From Azolla caroliniana (taxonomy: Eukaryota > Plantae > Polypodiophyta): a stretch of 64,000 nucleotides of DNA. Location: NCBI GenBank assembly GCA_043228905.1, contig JBHGNT010000004.1, positions 5,456,001 to 5,520,000 on the forward strand, written 5' to 3'. Position 1 is the stretch's first letter, and the number at the start of each line of letters is the position of its first letter. Both the position numbers and the translations under genes were made by a program. Under the pieces are notes generated by a model. That model worked only from the letters and a program-made list of their open reading frames with translations. It was not told the DNA's origin and did not search any database. This document shows positions 36,647 to 51,602 of this stretch, in pieces.

Positions 36647-39381
36647 AAAACACACAATTATATTAATAAATGTGTGTGAAAAACACTAATTACAATACGT
36701 GTGACAATGGAGTATGGTCACACAAAAACCACACTACACTACATGGGTAGTGGAACATGTTGAATTGCCAATAGGCAAGATGAACACTCCACCGAGGAAA
36801 GAATTTCCACTTGTTCCAATAAAGAAAATTGCCACATTAGTTCTCCCTTCAACTTTCATAGATATGCTTTCACTCCATGTCTACCATCGAATACAAAAGT
36901 GTTGCGCATGTTCCAATTATGACGCAATCCCCAATATCTCAGAAATAGGAAAACAATCTCCATCTCTGATTTTGGGTTAGCCTATGTAAATTGTGCAAAC
37001 ACCCATTGTCTAGGTGTCAAATAACTCCGTGATAAAACTTGCCAAATTTGAGAAATGTAACTCCAAATTTGACAAGCAATTGGACATTGTATAAATCAAT
37101 GAGTACTATCTTCTATCTGAACTGTGCAAAAGAAGCAGGTACCCGTTGCTAGTCCACAACGCTTTAAAGGCAATCCCAAAGGCAATCCTCCGATCAAAAC
37201 TCTCCAAATGAATACCTTTGCAACAAGTGGCAATTTAGAATGCCAACTACGTTGTAAGATCTACCACCACCCATGATCAGATTTGTGTATTTTCCATTCT
37301 TCTTCAGCCTTAGATGATAACCATCCAAGAGACTCAATAGAACAATGATACAAAAGATTAGTAGTCACTTGTAACAATGGTGTTTGACCCCTTAAACTCC
37401 AATCAATCCACTATTGTTCTCCTGTTTGTAGAGGTAAGGGACCTTGCAGCAATGCAATATTCTGTAGTTGTTGCCAAATAAACCCATAATTAGGCGGGAT
37501 GCGTAATAATTGTCGTGCTTCAGTAAACTCCAAAATTCTTTGAGATGGAACCTCAACTATATCTCCCACCTCTTTGACCCCCAAACGAAACAAATGATTA
37601 AATTGAGAACGCAATCTCTCCTTTCCTGGCCAACATAATAACCGAGAAGACACAAGTAACTCTTTTTGCAAAGAGTTATAATGCTCTCTACTAGATGATG
37701 GTTTCCATACACATAACAAGAGTGCTTCTTGCCATGAGGTAACTTAGTGTTGAACACATGAAGAACTCGGAATCCTAAGTGAAATACATCCATTCAGTAA
37801 TTGCCACCATGAAGCCTTAATCGTTGTCCTCCCATGTGTTAAACCCTTGTTCTCAATGAAATATCGAACAATAGATATCCATGGTTGTGAGTTTGAACAC
37901 ATGTCTTGTAATAATGAAAATCTACGAGCCATCATATGCATAGATAAGTTCAATATTCCAACCCCCCCCCCAATCGCTTAGGGGTTGCTAGATGATTCCA
38001 AGCAATCCATGTGATTCCCATCTTATCCCTCTTCTTCCACAACAAATATCGAAGAGGTTCCAAAACAGAATTCAATGCCTTCTTTGTCCATGGCAATAAT
38101 GGCAAGTAATATAATATCATGGGTTCCATAATACATTATACAACCTTCAAGCGAACATGAAATGGCCAAGATTGTAACTTCCAATACATGAACTTATCCC
38201 TCAACTTACTAGACATCCATTCAATCAATTGACCATTTGTAACATTCATTCCTAATGGATAGCCCAAGTGTCGAAAAATAGAGCCTTTCTTCACCACGGA
38301 TCCTTGCCATCCTAAACATTCCAAATCCCTTTCAATGCATGATATGAGACTAGACTTCCTCCAATTAATATGTAATCCGGAAGCCAATGCAAACTGATTC
38401 CATACAAGCATCCCCTTCTCAAGATTCTCCCGTGAGGCTTATAAAAACATGAAAGAATCATTCGCCAAAGCTTGTGCTACTATTTGCCCTCCGGACGGAA
38501 GGTGTAAACCCACAATGTCACCATTTATTGCAAGTCTTGCTAGCATCATTAACAAAGGATGAGTAACAATAGCAAACAACAATGGGCTAAGAGGGCATCC
38601 TTGACGAACGGATCTTGTGAGGGCAATATCTTATATAACTCCCCCATTAAGCATTACTCGAGACATTGCACCTTGTCCTAATAAAAATATGAGGCGATAC
38701 ATACAAGGGCCAAAGCCCATTGTATGCATTAACCCAGAAACAAATGACCAATTAACATGATCATAAGATTTCTCTAAATCTAATTACACCATAATCAATT
38801 CTTGATGAGTGTTTCGAGCATAATCCATGGCCATTTGAACATTCAACACATTATGCAATATATTTCTACCTGCAATAAAACCATATTGGGCGGGGTGTAT
38901 CAACTTTGGAAAATACTTTTGTAATCTATTTGCCAAGACCTTCGTAAATATCTTGTACAACCCCCCCATCAAAGAAATAGGTCTCCATTGATGAAATGAC
39001 TCAGGAGATGCCACCTTTGGAACTAGTTTAATTAGACCAATCTTCCAAGCTTGAGGCATACAACCAGAATCCCAAGACTGTTGAAACATTAAAGTCAAGG
39101 GCCCCTTTAAAATGTTGGAATATCTCTTAAAAACTTCATTTGTCAAGCCATCCCAACCAGGGCTCTTACCACTAGGAAGATGCCTTAAAACTACATCCAC
39201 CTCATCCTCAGTGAAATCCGCATCCAATTCATGACTAATGAGATCATGCACAATACATCCAACCAGATCATAAAACTCATGACATGCTCTACTCACCTCA
39301 TCTGTCATTAACAATTGTGGACCAATCAACTCCTTAAAGTAATGAAGACATATGTCAATTATTGTTGTAGGATCCACTATC

Positions 39382-39384
<3 letters not shown>
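36643..39384 (-). mobile_element. 5'-truncated L1-type LINE (family B), copy 2, within (CT)n of the 3' LTR
   Basis: KSPGWDG, WRPISL, QYGFIAGRNI, LDLEKSYD, RQGCPLSPLLF, SGLHINWRKS, RHLGYPL and zf-RVT. Flanked on both sides by (CT)n. Confidence 0.92.
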
Positions 39385-39446
<62 letters not shown>

Positions 39447-40619
39447 TTCTCTCGAGAGTTCTACACCTCCCTTAGTACTAATCCTCATCTTTTGGTACTA
39501 ATTCCTTCATTGTTTTAGTACTATTCTTGACAATACTTCTCTGTCTTAGTACTGGTCCTTACACTCTAACTCTCAACAAAAATTGTATCTCTTCCCGATC
39601 CGCTCACGCACTTCAACAACGTAACCATGCCTCATCAAACATGAAATAAGCAAATTTCCACATTTTCACGATGATGGAGTTGTATTTTCTTTCCTTACAC
39701 ATATTTGCATCTTTTGTATGAACCAATTCAATGCGTATTTTACCATACATAGGCTTTAAATGTGAGAATATCACTGACATTTTTACTTTAACGCTGCTTA
39801 AATTATTGGAGAAATTAATTTAAAAAATTATTAATGTGCAAAGCTTGGAGATTCCTTGTCGTTTAGTGAAGCATATCCTTGAGTGATATTTTTTTACAGT
39901 GATTCATAGAAACCACACAAGCACATGGCATAGCTTAGGGAAAGTTGATGGGGTAGTACATATTTTTTAGACATGAATTGTATAAGCCTACTCCTTGATG
40001 GGCCTAGCAAAGATATGGCAATGATGAACAAGATATGAAAACACAAACAAAAGCATGAGATAACATCTTATATTAGAATATCACGAAACTAGAATTGAGT
40101 AATGAAATATAAGTGGGACTGTGTTTGAATGGAAGATCATTGGCTCTTTATTATGATAGTTCAATCTGCATTTCACATGAATGCCTTATCTTCTAGGCCC
40201 ATAATAGGGGTAGATTCATATGGTGTGCAACATATCCTACGTTAATCCCAACATCCTCCTATGCTCATTTGTAGTATGCCTAGATCTTTCCTTATAAATA
40301 AAGGTTGCTTGAGAAATATCTCCACATGAAGTGAACATAAGTTCTAATATCTAAACATCAAATGCCTAAAAAGGCGTGACGGGCGTTTTTGGTTTATCGC
40401 ACAATCTTATCTTTAGGTTTATGTAGTAGCCAAAGCTTTAAGGTTTTCATTCTACCTTAAGGTACAACCCAAAAAATACTTAAAGTTAGACAATACTTTT
40501 TGCATAAGAATGGCAATCATACTATCGAGATTTTATTTCTTGGAGCAACGCTAGAACCTTATAACCTTGAGACAATAAAGTCATACCCTTGATCTCCCTC
40601 TTTGTTGACAATATGTAAA

Positions 40620-42160
40620 CAACGAAATTCAACCAAAATTACTTGTGAGGATATGTTTATGTGTGACTATTGTGTGTGAACATAAGATCAAATGTTGTGA
40701 GAAAATAAAAGATATTGATACAAAAAGTTTTAAAAAGGTGTGCATGTGTGTTTAATGTGGGAGTGAAAGGTACATATGACATAAAATAAGTGAGTGTAGA
40801 TGTATGTGTAAGTGTGAAAGGGAAAGACCAAGTAAAAAAGGAAATGTGAAAGAATTAGGTAGGTGTAAAAGAAGGAAGACATTCAAGGGAGAAAATGAAT
40901 GCTTTTAGTTTTATTGCAACTAAGATGCATATCAATGCAGTGACGTCAAGCTCAAGTGTGGTGGTGTGAGCGTGGAATGTCACAATACTGTGGAGCAATA
41001 TCATTTGGGTTGGGTGGAAGTGAAGCATAGGAAGGACAAAAATCGATATTGTAGAGTAAGTTTTGGTGTTAGGGATGTGGAAGGTGCACACTCTGTTGGC
41101 CTAATGGAACTACACTGAGGCTACATGATGCCAATTATAGTGGTCATACTGAGTCAAAAGGGGAATTGATGGAGCCAAAAGTGTTTGATGTAGAAGGTTG
41201 AGAGAGAAGTGAGCACCAAGATGGAATAACCAAAATGAGTAATCTATTAAGTAAATGTAAAATCAAATGCAAAAACTAAAGACAAGAAAAGTTTGAATTC
41301 AATTAAAATGCCAAATGTACATGCAAAAGGTAATCATGGTTTAAGCTTAATGAGTCAACAAGAGAATAAGGGTAATTGTTCTAGAATCCTACATGTTCTT
41401 GTGGACCTTAGGGGGAATTGACAATAAATACTAAACTATTCAAAGTGTGGAAACATGAGAAGATACTGGAGAAACAAAACATGCACGACGCAAAGTTATG
41501 TTATCATATTGTCATTGGATTTACAAGATCAACTATTAGTTACCTGTATCACATGTGGGTAATCACATTTGGAGTTTATCTTTAAGGCACGTGATAGGGA
41601 ATAGTTTGACATGTGGGGGCAATATTAGAAGAGGGCCTTTAGAAGAAAAGGAAGGAGATGACATGAGAAATTGGGTGTGAGATTCTCAAGATATTGCAAG
41701 GATAAAAAGAGGGGAGATGACATATAAAGCACATATCACATCCTAACATAGTTGGTGTGTATGCCTAGAGCTTAGATAGGATAAAAAAGAGGATTGGCAA
41801 GGCACGGGAGATTGATGAGACAAAATGGGAGTGGAGATCATAACTTGCTTGCAAACATTGGCTTGGAAGGATGAAGTAAGGAGAATAATATTAGCAAAAA
41901 AACAGTGTTATAAAAAAACAAATTATAGAACTAGAATGATTGAATAGATACCTTGTATTAAGTCATTAGATCAATGGAATGATGAAAGACAAGCAAGTGC
42001 GAGTAAGTACTGAAAATGAATTAATGCCAGAAACATATATTGTGTATACCATGTTATAAAGCCAGAGAGAGCAAGAAATTGAATGTATATGTTGTGAAGT
42101 TGGAAATGTAGAATATGACTGAAAGGAATGAATGAGTCTATGATATTAAAGGGTGGTCAT
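40620..42160 (-). mobile_element. Possible highly decayed LINE
   Basis: Strong strand asymmetry and faint motif remnants (FANIILL resembling FADDIVLL; ILCSH resembling RLSSH). Confidence 0.3.
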
Positions 42161-45100
42161 TGATTTTCAAGTAAACATTTGCGATATTTGTATGCATTCG
42201 TGAGACTCTACATATGCATGTACGTGCATCTAGAAATGAGTGTGTAAAATACACGAATGTCCACAAAAAAATTTGTTGGTCATCGATTAATATGAATCTC
42301 TACAATAAAGCTTTAGATTGTAGGGACATATGTACAAATATTTCTAAAACTTGTATTGTTTGATTTTTGAAATTTTGAGCACAATGTTGTTGATGAGGGT
42401 TGTAAAACATACATAATTATCATAAACTAATCTCTTGCAAAAAATGGATTAGGGAATATTTTAAGGAGATTTAGGGAAGTACATACCATATGTATTTATC
42501 AGTTCTATATTTACATTATATTTGTGATGCATATGTTATTCAGTGAAAGTGCATCTCCCGTGGAAAGATAATTTGTCTTTCTTTACAAACTTTCTCTATC
42601 CGTACCAACATATTTCTCATGATCACAATATGCACCCTCAATTACAACATCCAACAACAAATTTTTGTGAGCACCGTTTGTCACTCAACAACTCTAAAAT
42701 TCTACTTGAAAATGTTCCATTTTGGTTCCGATCTAGGAGAATGATACCATACGTTATCTTACTTCTTGAGATTGGATCACTTCCCTCTGAGATCGTGACA
42801 TGGAAAGGGTTAAAAGTTACCCTCACTTTGACTTCCTTAGAATAAAATGGGAAGCAAGTAAACAAATATGAAACAAAAGTTTTGTATTCTAGATGGATAT
42901 GATCCGTTACACTTGCTCAATAACATGACAATATATTCCTTCATGAGAGATGTGGATGTTTATGTTTCACATATTATACTATAAAGGTTGCCACAACCTA
43001 CATAGTCCATTGGCATCTCCAAATGGGATAGTTGGACTCACCTAGACATGCGAGAGAGCTCATTGCATTGTCCCATATCCACACATGTTTCCATACAACT
43101 TATCTCACATTCTCTTTGATGTGAAACAAGCAAGGGGCATTGTCTAGGAGACTTGTTGATATGCATATTTTTGCCTTTAATAACTTCATGACTATGAATA
43201 CCACACTATATTACAATGTTCCAAGTTCAATCACATTTGAGTTTGCATTCCACATATTATCAATCAAATCCTACACCAAATTCATTTCTCTCCTAGTAAA
43301 TTCTTGAGACTCTCTACTAAAATGTACCGATGCTATTTCACCTATGAGAATGAATAACCTCTCTCTCTCAGAAGAAATAATGAAGACACCGATGGCTTCA
43401 AACTCCCTACCCCCATCAATCTCTCTCTCTCTCTCTCTCTCTGGAAGAAATAATGAAGATAATGACAACTTCTACCTCAATGTGGGACCCACAAATACTG
43501 TATATCAATGGTCAAGGATAGTTCTTGAATGCAAGCAATGTCAACATAATACCAAAGATGCTAAAAGAAAAGCTTATTCCACAAATGCCAAACCATAGGG
43601 TTCACTTATCCATCTAGAGGCTTGAAAAAGAGCATCACGACTAGCAAGGAGAAATCCATGCTAGGCTAACCATTCTCCCTCCCCCCCCCTCTCCCTTTAC
43701 AAGGTGCACCCCAATATATGATTGTTTGAACTTTGAACTTTGAACTTTGAAGTCCATAAAAAAAGTTAACATGTGATATTAACTTGCCTATCCATCGTAA
43801 GAAGTGGTTGATCCCAAGGCTAAATACATTGGTACTCACAACTTACAGAACTTTATTGACAATTTATTTATCACTAATTTTAAATGTTGTGAATTGTTCA
43901 AGGTACATTTCATGTGGTAAATGACAAGTGACACATAATTTCCAATTTCTTCACCTCTCCTTTCTTTTTCATGTTTAGACACATAAAAATGCAATTATGA
44001 TAAGTGTTTGCCCAAAGAGGTTCTCATGAACACTCATCACAAATTCACTTTAGTCATTTTCTTCATCTTGTGCCATGTTTCATGTGCTTCTAATTTCTAC
44101 AATCTCTATTTCAACTTTCAAAGTCATATTCATCACATTGAAGTCATGCATGATCAAATTACGAAACATAATACACTTTATATATACACATACATATCCT
44201 ATTCTAGTATCAAGATCATATGCTCTTTTAATTGTCTATAAATTAAGCAAGAATCTACAAGGATTGTAAATATATGAAGTGTCGAAAGGACATTCATTGT
44301 CTTGTATGCATCATGACGTGTTATCGAACATAACATTATATACTATTGTAGGATTGATCAACAATGAATCATTTCCATTGTAGGTCAAAAGTTTCGGTGA
44401 TTGATCTTTTGAAAAGATGGGCCAACCTCACATGCATAGTAAAAATTGCGGAATGAAAATGCGTTATAATCTATGTTCTCAACATGGAAGGATCATTTCT
44501 CCCTTATCTAGTTCTTTGTTACGGCATATTTCAATAAATATAGTTTGTTATTCCAACATATATATGCACTCATTTGTCTATATGCTTCGTTTTCCAACTT
44601 TTTGAAGTTTTAACACCCATTAACTTTGATGCATGTAGATCAAATTTATATGTTAGAGGAATTGCATCTCTTCATTTTCATATATGAAATGGTCTTAAAT
44701 ATCGTGAGTATGTTTTGTGTTGTCTACATTGTAACATCATAACTTGAGTGCTTTGATTCTATCACTCTAGGTTTTTGGAAAATTGATATATAGAGTGTAT
44801 CATAGGTCTAGATCGCACAATGAGAGAATTTCTCTTTGAGCATGTCAAGACTCAAGACTCACATTTTAGGAACAATGAAAAAATTCGTACAAGTGGGTAT
44901 CTTTCTATTATGAAACAAATTTGTTTATGAAAATAAAATCCAACATTCAAGCACAATAAATCTTCCTTTTGCATGTTCGATAGTTCAAAATACTATTAGT
45001 TTTATGTGAGAAGAAAAGCTTTCATCTTTATCATCGAGATAAGTACATGATTCTATGTAGCATCATTGTTCCCATGACTCAACTTTTCAACCTAACATAA

Positions 45101-45330
45101 TCTTGTCAAATGCTATTTCTTACTCAAAATGACATTTCCAAACAATGCCAATTCAACATGTAATCAAAAGAATGACACAAAGGATTAAATTGTCTTTTAT
45201 TTCCCCTTATCATATACATTATGTCTTCCAAGAACCTTATATACACGTGTGTATGTTTAAGGCACATTAATGTCTCATAATATTGATTTTTCCATTTTCA
45301 TAATAAACTTCTAAACTTAGATTTTCAAAG

Positions 45331-46676
45331 TTTTTTTTTTCCCCCCAAAAAAACTCATTCCATTAGTTATAAAATTTTATAGATGAGATTAGTATATACA
45401 AATCCCTATAGGGACGCAATAGGTCCATCTTATGTGGATGCCCACTGACTCAATAAAGGGGGAGGACGACCATTGTTGGATGAAGGCTAGTTGTTATCTT
45501 TCAACTCCATCGGAGTCGCCCTTGAGGCCATCATATTGGCTCTTTAGAGTGACTATAACTTCATTCCATATCTCTTGCATTAACACTATTGGTTGCACGG
45601 TTTGGTTGGAGAAGACCCGTCTACACTGTTGTTTCCATAGAATCCAAAAAGTTATTGGGCTGACCAGTTCTAACACAACTTGAGATTTGGCATTGATAGG
45701 AGTTGAGTGGACATTATCGATGGTGGAGAAAAAACCCCTTGTGCTTTTATCACCAAAGTCACCCCCTCTTGATGCTTGTATCTATCAATTGGGGCCTGCC
45801 ATGCTAGCCAACATATATTTCCCCACTTGATTGAGCCTTGCACCTGGCATAATTGCAATAAACAACCAACCCCTTGCCATATTCGATGGGACTCTGGGCA
45901 GTCCCATAGAGCGTGTCGGATTGATTCTATTGCATTTGGGCACACTACACAATTAGGAGAGCTAAGGTTCCCATGCTGCCATGCACCAACCGGTATTGAC
46001 CTATGTATTAATAACCATTGGAAAGTGGTGATTAGTTGTGTGTGTTGTTGTTTCTAGATTTTTTGCCAAAACTTGGTGATAATTGTGTGAGGAACATGAT
46101 ATGTGTGCTAGACCTTTGCAGCATTCGACTCTCAAGCGGTTTGAGCAGCTAGAATATGGCGACCCAATCTAGTTGTGAATTGAATGAAAGGGATGGGTTT
46201 GCTTCCTTGCCTCGCGTAAGGATCATGCCATGTCCATTGCAAAGGGTCCCAACTGACCTTACATAGCCATGTGTTTTCCTGAGTACATCTGTGCCAATCT
46301 GGTTGTACTTTGATAGGATTAGGATTTACAATCCATTTATGCCCAATATACGCTAGTACTCAAATTGCTTTATTCTGTGTTGATGTCTCATTGTCTTGCA
46401 ATTCAGAGCTTGCAATCTTGTCTAGTGTTTCCCTACCTCTTGGGATCAAAGAGCCCTCCTCCTTGTAGCTTATCCATTTCTCTATTGTCTTCCTTTGATT
46501 AGCAACTTCCCTAATCAATAAAGCGTTAATGATTTCAGATCTCATAGCCCATCCGCCCCAGATTCCATGGAGTATGTTGACTTGATCTTGTATTGACAAT
46601 GACATAAACCGTCTCCAACATTCTATACTTTTTCCTGGACCTTCCGCAACGTATCCCCATGACAACCCCTTCCAAA
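45331..46676 (-). mobile_element. L1-type LINE 3' portion with poly(A) tail
   Basis: CVVCPNAIESIRHALWDCP zinc finger and FWILWKQQCRRVF motif. The T-run at 45331-45340 is the tail. Confidence 0.75.
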
Positions 46677-46682
46677 AGAATC

Positions 46683-49446
46683 ATGGCATCAACATCCGGT
46701 ACAGGAGTTGAGATCCAAAAATTTGATGGCAAAAAATTTTCCCTATGGAAGGAGATGATGCAGGACGTACTGATTATTCAAAGACAAGTCGAGGCCATTC
46801 GACAGTCCAAAAAGCCTGCTTCAATGTCAACCGATGAGTGGAGATCATTGGACGAAATCACACGCTCCACCATTCGAATGCACCTAGCCGAAAATGTCTA
46901 CTTTAGCATGGCAAAAGAGAAGACAACATTCTCACTATGGGAGAAACTACAAGCTGTGTACGAGAAGAAGTCCTCATCTTCAAAACTGATTTTGATCAAA
47001 CAATTGTTCAACATGAAGATGAGTGAGACCGATCTGGCTACCTCCCACATGAACACCTTCAGACGGGTGTTGTCAGAACTCTCCTCACAAGGGATCAACT
47101 TCGAAGAAGAAGTGAAAACCCTTGCCCTCCTATCGAGCTTGCCGGTGAGTTGGGAGGTATTCTGTACGACATACGCCAATAGTCGACCGATCCTAAATCT
47201 GGATGAGACGATCGACCAAGTCCTCATGGAGGACATTCGGCGAAAATCGATGGGACTTACCATCAATGAATCGGCAGAAGCCCATCACTCGACTGAGTCG
47301 TTCAACCGACAGAGTCGAACGAGAGAACAAGATGAGAGAACCGGTTAGAATACCAATCGATCAAAATTGAGGGGAAACTGACATCGGTTGAAGTCGAGAA
47401 CGGTCCAATTAGGCGAATTCTGCACACACTGTAGAAAAGCTGGCCACAATGTTTCCGACTGCTGGTCAATCAAGAGAAAAGAGAGTGGTCGGCAATCTGA
47501 GCGGAATCGAGGACGACCCGACTTGGACCACTCTCCTACATGCAACCAAATCAATGTTGCCGACACCCGATCAAGAGAAATTCTCTCCTTAGAGGATTCA
47601 GTGATCGGAGAAGTCCTCTACAGTGCACGAGATGCACACACCTGGTTACTAGATTCCGGTGCCACATTCCATGTGACCCTGAACATTGAATTGTTCTCGA
47701 ACTATTCAGCCAATGCCAAAGACACAATCTGATTAGGCAACGGGCAGGAGTGCAGAATCATAGGGACTGGAGAAATTCCCATCCGATTGCCAAACGACAA
47801 CACAATAGCCCTACACCGAGTTCGGCACGTACCTGATTTGAAAAGGAATCTGGTCTCCATCGGCACGCTAGTCAAAGACGGGTACAAAACGACTCTAAGT
47901 GAGTCGGTATGGATGATCAGTCGAGGAAACCTGAAGATAGGAGGCGGGCACAAGTACAATAACTTGTACCTAATGATAGCGATAAATCTAGACGGGGCTG
48001 TGCATGTAGCCGGGAAGACCGACCCAAACTTATGGCATGGCCGACTTGGCCATATGTCTCAAGGCGGACTTGATCGGCTACATCCTAAAACTCCAAGCGA
48101 AGATGGACTTCTGTGAGCACTGTCGATATGGAAAACAAACCCAAAGTCCGCACTATCTCCACTATGAGACAATACAACAACCCCTAGAGCTCGTGCACAC
48201 AAATATATGTGGGCCCATGCTAGAGCGATCACTAGGAGGCTCCTGATACTTCATCACATATGTAGATGACTATACGCGGAAAGTTTGGGCATACTCCATC
48301 AGGTCCAAAGATGAAGCGCTCGAGGTCTTCACTCGGTGGATATCGGAAGTGGAGAACCGGTCGGGACACAGAGTAAAGACACTCTGATTCGACAACGGAG
48401 GCGAATATACCTTCAGAGCCTTCAAACAGTACCTGTCCAACAAAGGGATCCGACATCAAAAGACCGTTCCCTACACACCCATGCAAAATGGAGTGGCAGA
48501 ATGGATCAACAGAACGATTGAGGAGAGGGTGACAGCAATGCTCTAGCAAGCCGGACTGAAGCTGGAATTCTGGGCAGAAGCATTGCAGACGACAGTACAC
48601 CTGATAAATCTAACACCGTCAAGAGAAATCAGGCTCAAAGTGCCACAAGCACTATGGTCAGGCAAACAACCGACTTATGATAGGCTCTGTATATTCGGAT
48701 GCGAAGCCTACGCGTTCATCCATAGGGATAAAAGGACAAAATTGGCACCCCATGCAACGAAATGCATATTTCTCGGTTATGGAACCGATGGGGAATTCAG
48801 CTATAGGCTATGGGACCCTGAGAACCGGAAACTGATCCGAAGCAGTGACGTAGACTTCAATGAAGACTATATCTTCTCTCAGTGGAACCAATAGAAAATA
48901 GTTGATAAAAAGGTATCCTTCCAAGACGATAGAGACGTCGTAGAAGGACCGACCCACCGGGCCAACTCAGAGATTCGACAAACAGTCGAACTCGAACAAG
49001 CCAACAACATACCTGCCGACTCCGAATTGGTAGGAAGTCCATTAGTCGAACTCGAAGACAAAGCCATCAATGACAGAGATGATTCGACAAGAGTTGAGCC
49101 AGGCAAAGCCAACAAGATGCGAGTAGGAAACACAACCGAGTCGACAAAGTTCATAGGGGAGGACAACGTGACACCACCTACATACCAACTTGGGGGTGGG
49201 TCACTTAAGAAGACTCCTGACACAAATGGTTCAACAAATATTGATCACCCAACCGAGTCGATTGAAGAATCCGAACCGCTTATCTCGGCACCAAGGAGAT
49301 TTGGACGAGCTCGAAGGCCAAAAGAGTTCTTTAAACCGGGCCCCGATTATGTCAACTACACTGATGTAGGCAAACCAAGCACTTATGAAGAAGCTATGGC
49401 CGCAACAGACGCCGACACATGGCTACAAGCTATGAAATCTGAAATG
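46683..49446 (+). mobile_element. Ty1/copia element A (gag-PR-INT up to the start of RT), no LTR visible
   Basis: KFDGKKFSLWK, CTHCRKAGHNVSDC, WLLDSGATFH, WHGRLGH..CEHC, YVDDYTR, TPMQNGVAE, KCIFLGY and WLQAMKSE. Confidence 0.9.
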
Positions 49447-51602
49447 TGTTAGGAAACAGGTCCCTCCGAATGGGAAGTTAGAAGAACCGGCCTCGGCTGG
49501 CAACAGAAGACCCGAAGAGAACCGGATGTGGAGTACCCGGCAACGGAAGACTCGGTGAGAACCGGATGTGGAGTACCCGGCAAGGAAGACTCGGTGAGAA
49601 CCTCTCATCGGATGGAAGGGACATATGTGTAAATATGTTCCAGAGAGCCCATTGGGGCTATATTTGTAAATAGCCCGAAAGTCATATTAGTATAAATATG
49701 ATCTAGGGCAAACTTGATGATGATAGAGTTATTGGTGTAACTTCTATACAGTGCGTAAGAGAAAGAGAGAGAGCGATATACAGAGATTGTGTCTCTGTTG
49801 TAACTGCCGCTAGGCAAATATTGAGAGCAAGGGGTCGGTGCCTCTGTGCTCCTTGTTGTATTACTTTACATAGTGATAGTTTGGAGTCTGTGGACTCCCG
49901 TGGTTTTTCCCTCTCAGGGTTTTCCACGTTAATATCTTGTGTATTCTCTTTCTGTTTTGTGTACTTACCTCCATTCCCATTTCGTCTGTGTTTTGATTAT
50001 CATCAAGTGATCTACGTTTTGGTTGTGGCCGGAGATTAATCCGCGTATTCTACGTCAAATTGGTATCAGAGCGAAACGACACAGAAAAATGGACGATTCG
50101 TTGGGAGGCATGTTCAAGCTCACCGGCTCCAATTACTCAGTGTGGAAGTCGAAGATGAGGGACATGCTCGTGGTTAAAGATCTTTGGTTGCCGGTTCAGT
50201 TCGGGGACAAGAGACCGGACAAAATCGATGCCACGATATGGGAGGTGATGCACATGAAGAGAATGGCGTACATACAGTGCTTCATCGACATGAGTCTATA
50301 CAGAAACTTCAATGAAGAGAGCAAGGATCATGAGCTCTGGGAGAAGATCGGCATTATGTTTCAGAACAAAAATGCCGTTAATTAGGTTTCGGTATTTCGG
50401 AAGCTAGTAAGACTCCGGTACCAAGATGGCTCCAGCATGGCGGAACACATGAATGCCTTCCATGGGCTGATCCACTAGGCAACATCATTGGAAGTACCTC
50501 TTGCCGATGAGGTACTAGCACTACTCCTACTTGGTTCCCTCCTAGATAGATGGGAGACGTTGGTTGTCACTTTGGGCAACGCCGGGCCGGAAGGGAAACG
50601 GTTATCCCTAGCAAGAGTGAAGTCGAGCTTGCTAGATGAGGAGGCGCATTGGAAAGACAAGGATATGAACTCCGACTCCAAACGCTCCTTACCGAATCGG
50701 AACGCGGAAGACAAAGGAACCGTAGTCCCCAGAACCGGGAAAAGTCAGGGACACGGTCAAAGTCAAGGGGAAGGCCTACCTGCTTCTATTGTGGCAAGCC
50801 AGGACACTTCCAGAAGAACTATCGGCACTTCCGAAAAGACAAGGAAACCGATGGTACCGATTCGAAGCGGACACCGGACCGGAAGGGAACGACGACAATC
50901 GCGGCAAGTGAAGAAGAGTTGATGCTCATCACCGAGGAGAGTGAGTTGAACCTTGCCAGCGACGAGACTCGGTAGTAAAGATGACTTCCATCCGGATGGT
51001 GTTGAGCATAGCGGCAAGCATGGACCTCGAGGTAGAGCAGTTAGACGTGAATACGACGTTCCTCCACGGCGACCTCGTAGAGGAGATCTACATGCAGCAA
51101 CTAGAGGGATTTGTGAAGAAAGGGAAGGAGCACCTGGTTTGCTGGTTAAAAAAGAGCCTCTACGGGTTGAAGCAGGCTCCCCGGCAATGGTACCGGAAGT
51201 TCGACTCCTTCATGACCGATCAAGGGTACCACAAGATGCAGGCCGATCACTGCGTATTTGTGAAGAAGTTTGAAGGTGGAGACTTCCTGATACTCCTTCT
51301 GTACGTGGACGACATGTTGATCGTCGGACATGACCAAGCCAAAATACGGATGCTGAAGAAGGCTCTCAACCGAACTTTCTCAATGAAAGACTTGGGCCCG
51401 ACAAGACAGATACTGGGGATGTACATCATCCAGGACCGGTCAAAGAAGCAGTGGTTGTCACAGGAGAAATACGTGACAAAGGTGCTTCAGCGGTTCAACA
51501 TGTTCGAAGCGAAACCGGTCGGATCGACACTCCCGACAAACTGCAGATTATCCGGTAAGCAAAGCCCGAAGACGAATGCAGAGAAGGTGGAGATGATGAA
51601 GG
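49447..51602 (+). mobile_element. Ty1/copia element B (5' LTR, PBS, gag, partial RT), internally deleted
   Basis: LTR 49447-50057 (TGTT...TCA) and PBS TGGTATCAGAGC (tRNA-iMet) at 50061. Gag starts at 50089 with CFYCGKPGH. It jumps at ~50975 to RT (QLDV..FLHG, LKKSLYGLKQAPRQW, LYVDDML). Confidence 0.9.
49518..49602. repeat. ~40-bp tandem repeat in the copia B LTR (U3)
   Basis: AGAACCGGATGTGGAGTACCCGGCAA(C)GGAAGACTCGGTG occurs twice. Confidence 0.85.

Larger units (their letters stand above)
22666..39563 (+). mobile_element. Full-length Ty3/gypsy chromovirus (Tcn1-like), with nested insertions
   Basis: LTRs TG...CA at 22666-30389 and 36291-39563, each split by a LINE. TSD CTCTA at 22661-22665 and 39564-39568. 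PPT GGGGGATAG at 36282-36290. Domain order gag-PR-RT-RH-INT-chromodomain. Confidence 0.95.

Noticed and set aside
42540-43470. Possible pseudogene or transposase fragments on the minus strand
   Set aside because: No motif I can assign, and the frames are short and broken. Needs tBLASTx.
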